From an uncultured virus (IMG/VR IMGVR_UViG_2911013136_000002) (Duplodnaviria; Heunggongvirae; Uroviricota; Caudoviricetes): a stretch of 64,000 nt of DNA. Every line of letters begins with the position of its first letter. Position 1 is the first letter of the stretch. The stretch lies in IMG/VR virus record IMGVR_UViG_2911013136_000002; one strand, written 5' to 3'. Of the stretch, positions 18,336 to 28,800 are shown piece by piece. The notes beneath the pieces were generated by a model that made no database searches, was not told the DNA's origin, and worked only from the letters and a program-made list of their open reading frames with translations. The position numbers and the translations under genes were made by a program.

Positions 18336-20031
18336 TGTCATATTGACGAAACCATCAGAAAAACTGTTAACCACTTGGTACGCGGAACAAGTGGTTAAAG
18401 GAAAGATTATTGCAAGTAAAAAAGTAAAGTTAGCTTGTAAACGACATCTAAATGATTTAAAGCGACAAGGCACAAAAGATTTTCCTTGGATATTTGACGA
18501 AGAAAAAGGGCATCGCCCGATTAAATTCATTGAAACATTTTGTCGTCCGTCAAAAGGAAATTTTCAAAGCTTGGTTGCACAAGTATGGCAGCATTTTATT
18601 ATTGGTTCTTTGTACGGTTGGATACACAAAGATACAGGTCTTCGTCGTTTTAAAGAAGGTCTTGTGTTTGTTGGGCGAAAAAACGGAAAATCAACAATAG
18701 TGTCCGGATTAGCGAATTACGGATGTTCGAAAGATGGAGAAAAAGGTGCTGACGTCTATCTTTTGGCCAACAGTATGAAGCAAGCAAGGGTAATTTTTGA
18801 TGAATGTCAGAAAATGATTAAGGCATCTCATTTATTGTCCAAACATTTCCGTGTGCTTCGAGATGCTATTCACTATGATAAGACCTTCTCCAAAATAGAA
18901 CCACAGGCGTCCGATAGCGAGAAATTAGACGGTTTGAATGCACATCTTGCTATCTTCGATGAAATTCATGAGTACAAAGACTATAAACTGATCAACGTGA
19001 TAAAAAACTCAACTGGAGCGCGCAGGCAACCGTTAATACTTTATATCACAACGGCTGGGTATCAGTTCGATGGACCATTGGTTGATTATTACAGCAAAGC
19101 AGCGGATGTGCTCGATGGCGTCATTGAAGATGAGCGCTCTTTTTATTTTATTGCAGAGGTTGATGAAGGCGATGATATTGAAGATCCGAAAAATTGGATT
19201 AAAGCGAATCCGAACATTGGAGTTACTCTTGACTTGGATACGCTTATCGAAGAATGGAACGCTCGAAAGCACATTCCAGCCGAGCGAAACGACTTCATTA
19301 CGAAACGGTTAAACGTCTTTGTGAAGTCAGATGAACAATCATTTTTGGATTATGAGGTTATTAAACGGAATAATAAGACGATAGACATCGAGAAACTAGT
19401 GGGGATGTCTTGCATCGGCGGTTTTGACCTTTCTCAAACAGAGGACTTCACGAGTGCGTGTCTTGAATTTTGGTTGGATACAAGGGAGATTTTTGTTTTA
19501 TCTCATTCGTGGATTCCGAGAAAAAAGGTAATTGCCGATAACGAAAAAATTCCATACCACGAGTGGGAGAAAGAAGGGCTTTTAACAATTTGCGAAGGCG
19601 ATTATGTGGAATATGAAAAAGTTTTGAATTGGTTTATAGAGCAATCCAAAAGATTTTGCATCGAATTGATTACTTATGACCCTGCAAATGCTTTCCGTTT
19701 AGTGAAAGACCTTGAAAATTACGGGTTTAAAACAGAAGTGGTAAGGCAAGGTGCCATCACATTAAGTCCAGCGTTGAAAGATGTAAAGGAATTATTTTTA
19801 GATGGAAAAGTAATCTTCAACAATAACAGACTTTTCCGTTGGTATATCAATAATGTGAAGCTGGTAGAAGATCGAAACGGCAATTGGCTGCCGACAAAGC
19901 AGAATAGATACCGTAAAATTGATGGGTTTATGGCTTTTTTAAACGCTCATACAGAAGTCATGAAAAGAATGACTGCGTCTAAAGGTGATGGAAATATTAG
20001 TGTAATTACGATGAGCGACTTGCTTAAGTGA
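18316..20031 (+). CDS. terL: Terminase large subunit
   Basis: GRKNGKS Walker A, IFDEIH, ITTAG, GFDLS, KIDG. Confidence 0.96.
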   Translation: MILKDSNVILTKPSEKLLTTWYAEQVVKGKIIASKKVKLACKRHLNDLKRQGTKDFPWIFDEEKGHRPIKFIETFCRPSKGNFQSLVAQVWQHFIIGSLYGWIHKDTGLRRFKEGLVFVGRKNGKSTIVSGLANYGCSKDGEKGADVYLLANSMKQARVIFDECQKMIKASHLLSKHFRVLRDAIHYDKTFSKIEPQASDSEKLDGLNAHLAIFDEIHEYKDYKLINVIKNSTGARRQPLILYITTAGYQFDGPLVDYYSKAADVLDGVIEDERSFYFIAEVDEGDDIEDPKNWIKANPNIGVTLDLDTLIEEWNARKHIPAERNDFITKRLNVFVKSDEQSFLDYEVIKRNNKTIDIEKLVGMSCIGGFDLSQTEDFTSACLEFWLDTREIFVLSHSWIPRKKVIADNEKIPYHEWEKEGLLTICEGDYVEYEKVLNWFIEQSKRFCIELITYDPANAFRLVKDLENYGFKTEVVRQGAITLSPALKDVKELFLDGKVIFNNNRLFRWYINNVKLVEDRNGNWLPTKQNRYRKIDGFMAFLNAHTEVMKRMTASKGDGNISVITMSDLLK

Positions 20032-20052
20032 GCCTAGAAAGGTGGTGATATT

Positions 20053-21267
20053 TTGCGATGGGTGATAAGGATTAAAAATGCAATCAGAGGGGCAATTACT
20101 GGCTGGAAAGGCGATAGATTTGACTTTTCCAATTGGTTTGGCCGTATATTTTGGGGAATTGACAACTCCACTTTGGCCACAAATGAGACGATTTTTAGTG
20201 TAATTACTAGGTTGTCTAACAGCTTGGCTATGTTGCCGTTAAAGCTATATAAAAATTATGATTTAGCCGTCAATCAGGCGGCCGATGTTCTCATTAACTC
20301 TCCAAATCCGAATATGACGTCGTTTGAGTTTATTAGATTGTTAGAAACTGTAAGGAATCAAACTGGAAATTCCTATGCGCTAATTGGACGTGATATTCGA
20401 GGGCAGGTAGAGCGGCTTACACCGTTGGATCCGGCTTATGTAGAGCCTGTAATTGAAACGGAAAACGGTGAATTATGGTATCAAGTGATTGGAAACAACG
20501 GTACCTATTATTTTCACAACTTGGATATACTCCATTTTAAGCACATTATTGGGGCTGGGGGACTGAAAGGAATTAATCCTATAAAAGTTCTAACGAATAC
20601 AAATGATTTTGACAAAGCAGTTCGCGAGTTTAGCTTAAAGGAAATGCAGAGTGCTCCGAATTCGTTTATTTTAAAGTATGGAGCAAATGTGGATGAAAAG
20701 AAGCGGCAACAAGTGATTGAGGATTTTAAGAGATTTTATCGAGATAATGGCGGGATTTTGTTCCAAGAACCGGGCGTGGAAATCGATCCGATTGAAAGAA
20801 AATTTATTGCAGCTGATATTTTTACGTCAGAGCGAATTACTCGTTCACGGGTAGCGAATGTGTTCAACATTCCAGTTCACATGCTGAATGACAGTGAGGG
20901 ACAAAGCTACTCCAGCATGGAACAGATGATGAGGGAGTTTGTTCAGCTTACATTAATGCCCATTGTACGTCAATATGAGCAGGAATTTAATCGAAAATTG
21001 CTTACACCAGCCGAAAGACAGGCTGGTTTTTATTTTAAATTCAACGTAAATGCTTTGTTGAGAGGCGATACGGCTACGCAATCGGATTACTACACCAAGG
21101 CAATTCGTTCCGGTTGGATGAAGCCGAACGAGGTACGACAGCTTGAGGATTTACCGCCGGAACCAGAAGGTAACAAATTGTGGATTAGTGGTGACTTGTA
21201 TCCGATGAGCATGGATCCATCACAACGAAAGGGGGTGAACACGGGTGGGAACGCAACAAAAAACTAA
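20053..21267 (+). CDS. HK97-family portal protein
   Basis: PNPNMTSFEF, ILHFKH, ANVFNIP, LLRGD, NEVRQLEDLPP. Confidence 0.95.
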   Translation: MRWVIRIKNAIRGAITGWKGDRFDFSNWFGRIFWGIDNSTLATNETIFSVITRLSNSLAMLPLKLYKNYDLAVNQAADVLINSPNPNMTSFEFIRLLETVRNQTGNSYALIGRDIRGQVERLTPLDPAYVEPVIETENGELWYQVIGNNGTYYFHNLDILHFKHIIGAGGLKGINPIKVLTNTNDFDKAVREFSLKEMQSAPNSFILKYGANVDEKKRQQVIEDFKRFYRDNGGILFQEPGVEIDPIERKFIAADIFTSERITRSRVANVFNIPVHMLNDSEGQSYSSMEQMMREFVQLTLMPIVRQYEQEFNRKLLTPAERQAGFYFKFNVNALLRGDTATQSDYYTKAIRSGWMKPNEVRQLEDLPPEPEGNKLWISGDLYPMSMDPSQRKGVNTGGNATKN

Positions 21268-22012
21268 GTTTTGGGAGATAAAAATGTCTGCTGATGGTTC
21301 AAATTCGGCAGATATTTTTATTTATGGCGACATTGTTAGTTATCAATGGGATGAAACAGATACGTCTGCCGCAAGTTTTAAAAAGGACCTAGATGCGGTG
21401 GGCGATGTAGACACCATTAATCTTTATATCAACAGTCCTGGTGGGAATGTGTTTGAAGGAGTCGCTATTCATAACATGCTTAAGCGGCATAAAGCAAAAA
21501 TCAATGTTTATGTCGATGCTTTAGCGGCATCGATTGCGAGTGTCATTGCGATGGCTGGTGACACCATCCATATGCCAAAAAATGCGATGCTAATGATTCA
21601 TAATCCGTGGACTTGGACATACGGAAATGCGGCAGAATTGCGAAAAGTAGCGGATGATTTAGACCGTATCGGCAATTCCGTCAAACAAACATACCTACAA
21701 AAAGCCGGGGACAAGCTCACAGAAGAAAGATTACAGGAAATGCTTGATGCTGAGACATGGCTCTCAGCAGATGAAGCGTATGAACATGGCTTATGTGATG
21801 TCGTATTAGAGGCTAGTCAAATTGCCGCATCTATCAGCGATGAGCTGTTCTCACAATACAAAAACGTTCCTAAACAGCTGAAAAATCAGGGAAAAAACCA
21901 ACAAAAAACAGTCATTTCAGCCGAAGAAATGGCGATTCGTAAACGAATTGCGGAAGAGTCGAAGGCAAATTTAGCTTATATCAATACCATTTTAGGAGGA
22001 ATGATGAGATGA
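21245..22012 (+). CDS. ClpP-type head maturation protease
   Basis: INSPGG, AASIASVI, MIHNP, ETWLSADEA. Confidence 0.93.
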   Translation: MGTQQKTKFWEIKMSADGSNSADIFIYGDIVSYQWDETDTSAASFKKDLDAVGDVDTINLYINSPGGNVFEGVAIHNMLKRHKAKINVYVDALAASIASVIAMAGDTIHMPKNAMLMIHNPWTWTYGNAAELRKVADDLDRIGNSVKQTYLQKAGDKLTEERLQEMLDAETWLSADEAYEHGLCDVVLEASQIAASISDELFSQYKNVPKQLKNQGKNQQKTVISAEEMAIRKRIAEESKANLAYINTILGGMMR

Positions 22013-23142
22013 AAACACTTTATGAATTAAAGCAAAACTTGGCTACGATTGGTCAACAGCTTCAAAAAGTTGAAAATCAGTTAGCGGAAAAAGCGATTGA
22101 TCCGAATGCTACAATGGAAGAAATTCAAGCGTTGCAAAAATCCCGTGACGACTTAAAAATGCGTTTTGATGTTATTAAACAGCAACATGATGCGTTAGAA
22201 GCGGAACAAAAAGCAAAATTTGAAGCAAACAATGACTTAAAATCGATTTCTGATCCAAAAGAACGTACCATTAAAGCTAAAGCTGAATTGATTCGTGCTA
22301 CGATGCAAGGAAAATCAGTTTCAGCTGATGTACGCGCAGCGCTTGGTGATCGCAACTCCACCGGCGGTGAAAAATTCTTGCCAAAAACTCTTTCTACAGA
22401 AATTTTGACGGAACCATTTGTGAAAAATCCGTTGCGTGAACTTTCGACTGTAACGCAGATTACAAACCTGGAAATTCCGAAATTGGATTTTTCTTTAGAT
22501 GATGACGACTTCATTAATGATACTGAAACAGCGAAAGAATTAGAACAAACAGGGGATGTTGTCACGTTCGGACGTTATAAATTCAAGGTTTTTGCCGGAA
22601 TTTCGGAGACTGTTCTCAATGGTTCAGATGCAAATCTTGTGTCGTATGTAGAGCGTGCACTTCAATCTGGCGTGGCTGCAAAAGAGAAAAAAGTCGCATT
22701 TGCGACAACTCCGAAAGCTGGAGAAGAACACATGTCTTTCTATGCTTCCGGCATCAAGGAAGTAACTGGAGAAAATTTATACAAAGCTATTAAGAACGCG
22801 ATTGCGGATTTACATGAAGATTATCGTGAAAATGCGAAAATTGTGGTGCGTTATCAAGACTATGCGGATATTATCGAAACCCTTGCGAACGGAAACGCGA
22901 CGCTTTATACAGCGCAACCGGAACAAATTCTTGGTAAACCGGTCGTGTTCTGTGATTCTGCCGTTTATCCAATTGTTGGTGATTTCTCATACTCCCACTT
23001 CAACTATGATTTAGCAGCACTATATGAGCGGGACAAAGATGTGAAAACCGGTATTGAACAGTTCGTTGTAACGGCTTGGTTTGACCATCAAATCAAGCTA
23101 AAATCCGCCTTCCGTATTGCAAAAGTGGCTCCTCAAGCTTAA
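22009..23142 (+). CDS. Major capsid protein (HK97 fold)
   Basis: Coiled-coil delta domain, ILGKPV, VGDFS, AFRIAKV. Confidence 0.93.
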   Translation: MKTLYELKQNLATIGQQLQKVENQLAEKAIDPNATMEEIQALQKSRDDLKMRFDVIKQQHDALEAEQKAKFEANNDLKSISDPKERTIKAKAELIRATMQGKSVSADVRAALGDRNSTGGEKFLPKTLSTEILTEPFVKNPLRELSTVTQITNLEIPKLDFSLDDDDFINDTETAKELEQTGDVVTFGRYKFKVFAGISETVLNGSDANLVSYVERALQSGVAAKEKKVAFATTPKAGEEHMSFYASGIKEVTGENLYKAIKNAIADLHEDYRENAKIVVRYQDYADIIETLANGNATLYTAQPEQILGKPVVFCDSAVYPIVGDFSYSHFNYDLAALYERDKDVKTGIEQFVVTAWFDHQIKLKSAFRIAKVAPQA

Positions 23143-23160
23143 TAGATTGAGGGGTTAGCG

Positions 23161-23436
23161 ATGTCAAATCTCTCGTTAGATGAATTGAAAAATTATCTCC
23201 GTATCGATGGGAGTGAGGATGATTCGATCCTCACTCTTCTTATTGATGGCGCAAAAGAATATTTGAATAATGCAGGCGTTCCTGAATCGGACAGCGCTCT
23301 TTATAAGTTGGCCGTCATGTTGTATGTGGCGCTTCATTATGAAAATCGCGATCCGAGCGCGAAAATGGACAAGTTGAATTTTGCTTTTGAGAGCATTGTA
23401 TTGCAGTTGAAGGATTATGGAGGTGACACATCATGA
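23161..23436 (+). CDS. Head-tail connector (gp6-like)
   Basis: LDELKNYLRID...HYENR. Confidence 0.88.
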   Translation: MSNLSLDELKNYLRIDGSEDDSILTLLIDGAKEYLNNAGVPESDSALYKLAVMLYVALHYENRDPSAKMDKLNFAFESIVLQLKDYGGDTS

Positions 23437-23639
23437 AACAGTACCCTGTTGTAAATGATTTTATCGATAGGTTTACAAAAGAGTATTATCCAAAAGGTTC
23501 GATGTATTTCACGAACGATGTAGAGCGTGCGGAAGAGTTGCAAAGCAAGGGATTTCTTGGCGAAGAAATAAAACAGTCCACAAATAAAAGAGAAAAAGGT
23601 AAGGGTAAGAGCGCCGATGAAAATCGCAAAACTGAATAA
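23433..23639 (+). CDS. Hypothetical head-associated protein
   Basis: Coupled ORF; ERAEELQSKGFL. Confidence 0.6.
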   Translation: MKQYPVVNDFIDRFTKEYYPKGSMYFTNDVERAEELQSKGFLGEEIKQSTNKREKGKGKSADENRKTE

Positions 23640-23955
23640 GCGCATCATTTTCCAGAGGAAAGTTCAATATCAGGATGGTGAAGGCAATTGGGTAGAGGGT
23701 GACTGGGAAGATGCTTTTACCGTCTGGGGATCCATTGACGGCGTTGGGAGTATGAGAAATCCAGAAGTTATGATTGCTGGTGCTATCGGCGTTAAGGCAC
23801 CTAGAAAGATCACTATTCGAACAAATAAGCAGTTGAAGCGTGATATGCGAGCTGTATGCGATAGTCGTATTTTTGAAGTACTTGATTTTGATTATGCGAA
23901 AAATTCAAAGGCATACTTTGAGATAATTTGCAATGAGGTTGGTATCAATGGCTAA
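23617..23955 (+). CDS. Head closure protein
   Basis: LNKRIIFQ...TVW; position in the head-tail module. Confidence 0.82.
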   Translation: MKIAKLNKRIIFQRKVQYQDGEGNWVEGDWEDAFTVWGSIDGVGSMRNPEVMIAGAIGVKAPRKITIRTNKQLKRDMRAVCDSRIFEVLDFDYAKNSKAYFEIICNEVGING

Positions 23956-24334
23956 CTTTGAATTTGATGGAATCGATGAATTGGAGCAGTTTTTTGAGAA
24001 ACTTGCTGATGACATAGACAAGGTAGATAATCAGGCGCTGAAAGTGGGCGGAGAAATCATCGCCAAGCATCAGCGTGAAAACGTCAATCGTAGCGGCAAA
24101 GACCAACCTCATATCCAAGATAATATCACCGTCTCCAGACCAAAAGAAACCAACGAAGGGAAATTCGTGACTATTGGTCCGAATAAAAAAGTGGATTGGC
24201 GCGCGAAATTCCTTGAGTATGGAACGTCCAAAATGCCTCCGTATCCCTTCATAGAGAAGGGCGCTGATGAAGGTGAAGCAGAGGCTTTGGATGCAATGGA
24301 AAAGGTGTATATGGATATGATTGATAGGGCTTAA
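23948..24334 (+). CDS. HK97 gp10-family tail-component protein
   Basis: FLEYGTSKMPPYPF. Confidence 0.88.
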   Translation: MANFEFDGIDELEQFFEKLADDIDKVDNQALKVGGEIIAKHQRENVNRSGKDQPHIQDNITVSRPKETNEGKFVTIGPNKKVDWRAKFLEYGTSKMPPYPFIEKGADEGEAEALDAMEKVYMDMIDRA

Positions 24335-24347
24335 AGGGGGTATCCCC

Positions 24348-24716
24348 ATGAGTTTTGACGCAAAATCAGAATTATTAGCGGGTCTAAAGGCGAATCAAGC
24401 CTTAGTTTCACTTTGCACAGGAGGATTCCACAATCGAAAAGCGAAAGATGTCAACGCTTTTCCAAGAATTGTTTATTACGAAATTAATAATACTGACGAT
24501 TCGTTTGCAGATAACCAAGCAATCACGTCAGAAGTACGATTTCAGATCAGCATTTTTACAAACGAATCAACCGTCTCAAAAGAAACACCGATTGCAAAAG
24601 AAGTCGATAAGGTGATGAAGTCTCTAGGATATTCGAGATACAGTTCAGTTGATCTGTATGAAGAAGATGTAAGTGTGTACCATAAAGCGATGCGATACCA
24701 AAAAATTTTTAGATAG
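24348..24716 (+). CDS. Tail terminator / completion protein
   Basis: FPRIVYYE...FQISIF; position. Confidence 0.75.
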   Translation: MSFDAKSELLAGLKANQALVSLCTGGFHNRKAKDVNAFPRIVYYEINNTDDSFADNQAITSEVRFQISIFTNESTVSKETPIAKEVDKVMKSLGYSRYSSVDLYEEDVSVYHKAMRYQKIFR

Positions 24717-24727
24717 GAGTGTTGAAC

Positions 24728-25306
24728 ATGGGTAAAATTATTAGCGGTCTTGATATGTTTCATATTGCTGAATTAATCAGGGACGATGCGACTGGGGTTC
24801 AATATGCGACTCCAGAAGCCGTACCAGGTGCGGTGAGTATCAAAGTAGATCCAAAGACGGAGAGTGAAACCGTGTATGCCGACAACAGTGCTTATGCGGT
24901 ATTAAATACTATTGGGGACATCGATGTGGAAATGGAAGCCACAGACCTTCCACTTGACATTCAGCAGAAGCTCTTCGGTCATACAGTTGAGAACGGTGTC
25001 CAGTTTGCCAGCATCCATGATGAAACGATGGAGCTAGCTCTTGGATTCCGAGCGAAAGTATCAACCGGTGGATATCGCTATTACTGGCTTTTAAAAGGAA
25101 AGCCGGAGTTGTTGCCGATTGAGGGTAAAACGGAAGAAGGAAAGCCATCACCGCAAACGGCAAAACTGAAATTGAAGTTCATGCCACTTCAGTATAATGG
25201 TCGTTGGAAAGCACAAGCGGAAGATGGAACTGAATTTACACAAGGTAACAAATGGTTTGATCAAGTCGTGTATGAAGGTTCTGTATTAAATCAAACAGGA
25301 GCGTAA
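24728..25306 (+). CDS. Major tail protein (phi13-like)
   Basis: YADN, ALGFRAK, YYWLLKGK. Confidence 0.9.
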   Translation: MGKIISGLDMFHIAELIRDDATGVQYATPEAVPGAVSIKVDPKTESETVYADNSAYAVLNTIGDIDVEMEATDLPLDIQQKLFGHTVENGVQFASIHDETMELALGFRAKVSTGGYRYYWLLKGKPELLPIEGKTEEGKPSPQTAKLKLKFMPLQYNGRWKAQAEDGTEFTQGNKWFDQVVYEGSVLNQTGA

Positions 25307-25359
25307 GAGGGAGATGCAAATCATCTCTCTCTTTTTTAATTCTTTTTATTTGAAGGAGG

Positions 25360-25868
25360 ATGGAACAAATGCAATCATTATCAATCACCTTGAGAATAGA
25401 TGGAAAAAACAAACGTTTTGTAACGCCAGCCTTTATCTCCGGGAAACTGTTCAGACAAGCGTCTGAGATTGCGGAAGAAATCGAATCTGGAGATAGTAAA
25501 AAATTTGATTTCGATAAATATTTCCAATTTGTTTGCGATGCCTTTGGGAATCAATTCGACGTCAACCAACTAGAAGAAGGTTTGGACTCAAGATTGGTCA
25601 TTAAAACAATCTTTGCGGTCGTGAACTATGTCATTGGCAACATTGAACAAGCTAGTGCTCTGTTAGTACAAGATGAAGAAAGCAAAGAAGTAAAAAACTA
25701 ACTCTGCGTGAAGCTGTTCTCGACATGTATAACGCACTGTTGGAGATCGGCTTCACACAAAACCAAATCGACGATATGGATATTGTTTATCATTTACAAC
25801 TTTTAGCGCGCAGAAAACAGGAAGTGAAAAAAGATGAAGTGGTTTACATTGACCAAGTGCTTGGCTAG
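25360..25868 (+). CDS. Tail assembly chaperone G (25360-25701) with -1 frameshift extension GT
   Basis: Slippery A AAA AAC at 25692-25698 just before the stop; the -1 frame stays open to TAG at 25868. Confidence 0.8.
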
Positions 25869-25881
25869 GGGGTGAGATGGG

Positions 25882-28800
25882 ATGGCAAAAGATATACGGG
25901 TAAGGTTGTATTCAAACTCAAAAGAGTTTAACAGTGAAATGAGCGCTCTTGCCAAGCAAATGAAGGTAGTAAAATCTGAATTTGCGGCAACTCGGACGAG
26001 TGTGGAAGTTTGGGGCGACGCTCTCAAACAGTCAGAGGCTAAAATTCAGTATTTAACGAAACAAATTGAGCTCCAAAAACAAAAAGTCGATCAGTTAAAA
26101 AAGGCATACGAAGACGCAGCTACAAAAAAAGGACAGGACGCCACTGAGACTCAAAATTTAGCAAAGCGGTTAAACTACGCTACCGCCGAGCTAAACAAAA
26201 TGCAAAACGAGCTAACACAGACTAATCAAAAGCTCAATGAGTTCAAAGAAAATCAGAGCATCAAGCAGTTTGAGAACGATATAAAATCCCTGTCTTTAGC
26301 TATGCAGAAGGTTGATGCAGAATTTAAAGTGGCGTCCAGTGCTGCTGAAAATTTCGGGAATGATTTGAAGCAAGCTGGGTTGCAAATTCAGTCTCTCAAT
26401 CAAAAGATTGAGTTGCAACAACAAGTAGTGAGCCGGCTGGAAGATGAATATAGAAGAGTTGCACAAGCCAAAGGACAAGACGCCAATGAAACAAAGCAAC
26501 TGGCTATTCGATTAGATGAGGCGAAAGCTGAGCTGAATGCTCTACAGAATGAGCTCACGCAGACCACCCAAAAGCTCAACCAGATGGAAAGGGAAGTGGC
26601 CAAACAGAGCACTGTTTGGGGAAAATTCACTTCCAACATGGACACCATCGGCAACAAAATGCAGCATATTGGTGGTTCTGTTGCTATTACTGCTGGCGCC
26701 GGCTTTGCAACCTTGTCGTTTGCCATGAAAGATGCTGTTTCTGTTGGAATGGAATTTGGCAAACAGGTGAGCCGAGTAGGAGCGATCAGCGATGCTACTG
26801 CCGAGCAGATTCAGCAGTTGAAGGACCAAGCTTTGGATCTTGGGGCTAAAACAACAAAATCAGCCACCGAAGTGGCGCAAGCCCAAGAGCAATTAGCAGC
26901 ATCTGGTTTCAAAGTCAATGAAATCATTGCTGCTATGCCTGGTGTAATTGCTGCAGCCGAGGCAAGCGGAGAAGATATGGCCACTGTTTCTGAAATTATG
27001 GCCGCCGCCATCCGAGGATTCGGGCTAGAAGCCTCCAAATCAGCTCATATCGCAGATGTATTCGCGATGGCCGCAAACCGTTCTAATGCATCCATTTTAG
27101 ACATGGGCTATTCCTTCAAATACGCTGCGCCTATCGCAAAACAGCTAGGAATGTCTGTCGAAGAACTGGCAGCAGCAACCGTGGTTATGCGAGATCGGGG
27201 AATGGCGGCTGAACAGATCGGTACATCGTTACGTATGGGACTGACACGTTTAATTGCACCAACAGATGAAGCGGCTGGTGTAATGAAACAATTAGGCATC
27301 AACATCAAAGATGCTGAGGGCAAAATGCTTCCTTTAGACCAAGTAATTAGGGTACTAAGGGATTCTACAAAAAACCTCACTCAAGAACAGAAAATGAATG
27401 CTTTCCAAACCATATTCGGTACGGAAGCAATGACGGGCTTCTTAAACTTGGTTGATGCAGGGCCACAACAAATTGCAGAGTTAACACAAGCCTTAAGAGA
27501 ATCTGACGGAGCCTCCCAAAAAGCAGCTGCCACAATGAAAGATAACCTAGCCGGTGCTGTAGACAATATGAATGGTGCACTTGAAACGGCAAAAATAAAG
27601 TTAACAGAAGCACTCACACCGGCACTTGAGGGAGCGGTCAATTCTGTTACCAAGCTTATTGAAAAATGGAATTCCCTTGACTCTGGTACCCAAGAAGTAA
27701 TTGCTAAAACAGGAGCGCTCGGTGTGGCCATAATGGGAGTTGTTGGAGTCGTTGGAACCTTGACTGCAGCTGTTGGAGCACTGATGGCATTTTCTGGTCC
27801 AATCGGTCTTGCTATTGTGGGAGTGACGGCAGCTCTGGGAGCTTTGGGACTTGGACTTTTTGCTGCACATGAAAAGACAGAACAGTTGCGGAAGAAACAA
27901 GAAGAGGCCGAAAGACAGGCTATTCGTTATGGAGAGGGCCTAAGCGCCGGAACAAAAAAAGCTGTCCAAGGCTATACCGATCTTTATGAAGGCGCAAAAT
28001 TAAAAATGGTTGAGCTTCAAACAATGTCCGGTGAGAAAGCGAGAGCAACTTCCAAAGAGGTTGTTGACGCATTTTCAAAAATGGCGGATCAAGTCATTGC
28101 GGCTCTGCAAACACAAAAGACGAAATTAATCAATGCGATTAATGATGTTTATGGCATTGCCGGTGATGCAGGTAAAAAAAGAGCGGAACAAGTGGGTAAT
28201 GATATTATTAAGAAATTTGATAAGGATATTGCAGAATACAAAAAGGCACTAGATACCTTAAAAGAAGCTCATGAGAAATACAACAATGATCTTTCCAGAA
28301 TGCCGGCTGATTTTGCAAAAAGATATCAAGAAGCGCTCAAAGTGATGGAGGGTGGAGTAAGAGAATTTGCTCAGTCCCAAAAAGAACTGCAAGCTATTCA
28401 AAAATCTATTACTGATAAGCAAGGAAAGATTCTTTTTGATGAAGCAGAAGGATATGTAAAGCGTATCAATGAGACTTATAAAAAATCTGTTGAAGCAGCT
28501 AATAAATATTATTCTGATAAACAGAAACTTTTTGAACAAGCTCTTGCCCAAGGCAGAATGGAGCTAAAAGATTACAACGAATTGATGGCAGGAGTAGAGG
28601 CGCAAACAAACCAGATGCTATCTCAAGCAGCCCAAGAGCGCGAAAAGGCATTATCCAACCTGGCATCTCACCTTGATCAGCGTGGCAAACTCATCGACAT
28701 TGCAACCGGGAAAATCTTTGAACGGCAAAAGAAATTTTTAACGGACATGAACGGTTTTATCGTTCAAGTAGAAGAGTCAGACGAAGAGTATATTGAGCGT

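Noticed and set aside
25690..25868. -1 frameshift in the tail chaperone
   Set aside because: Well-known G/GT mechanism; kept as a feature only.
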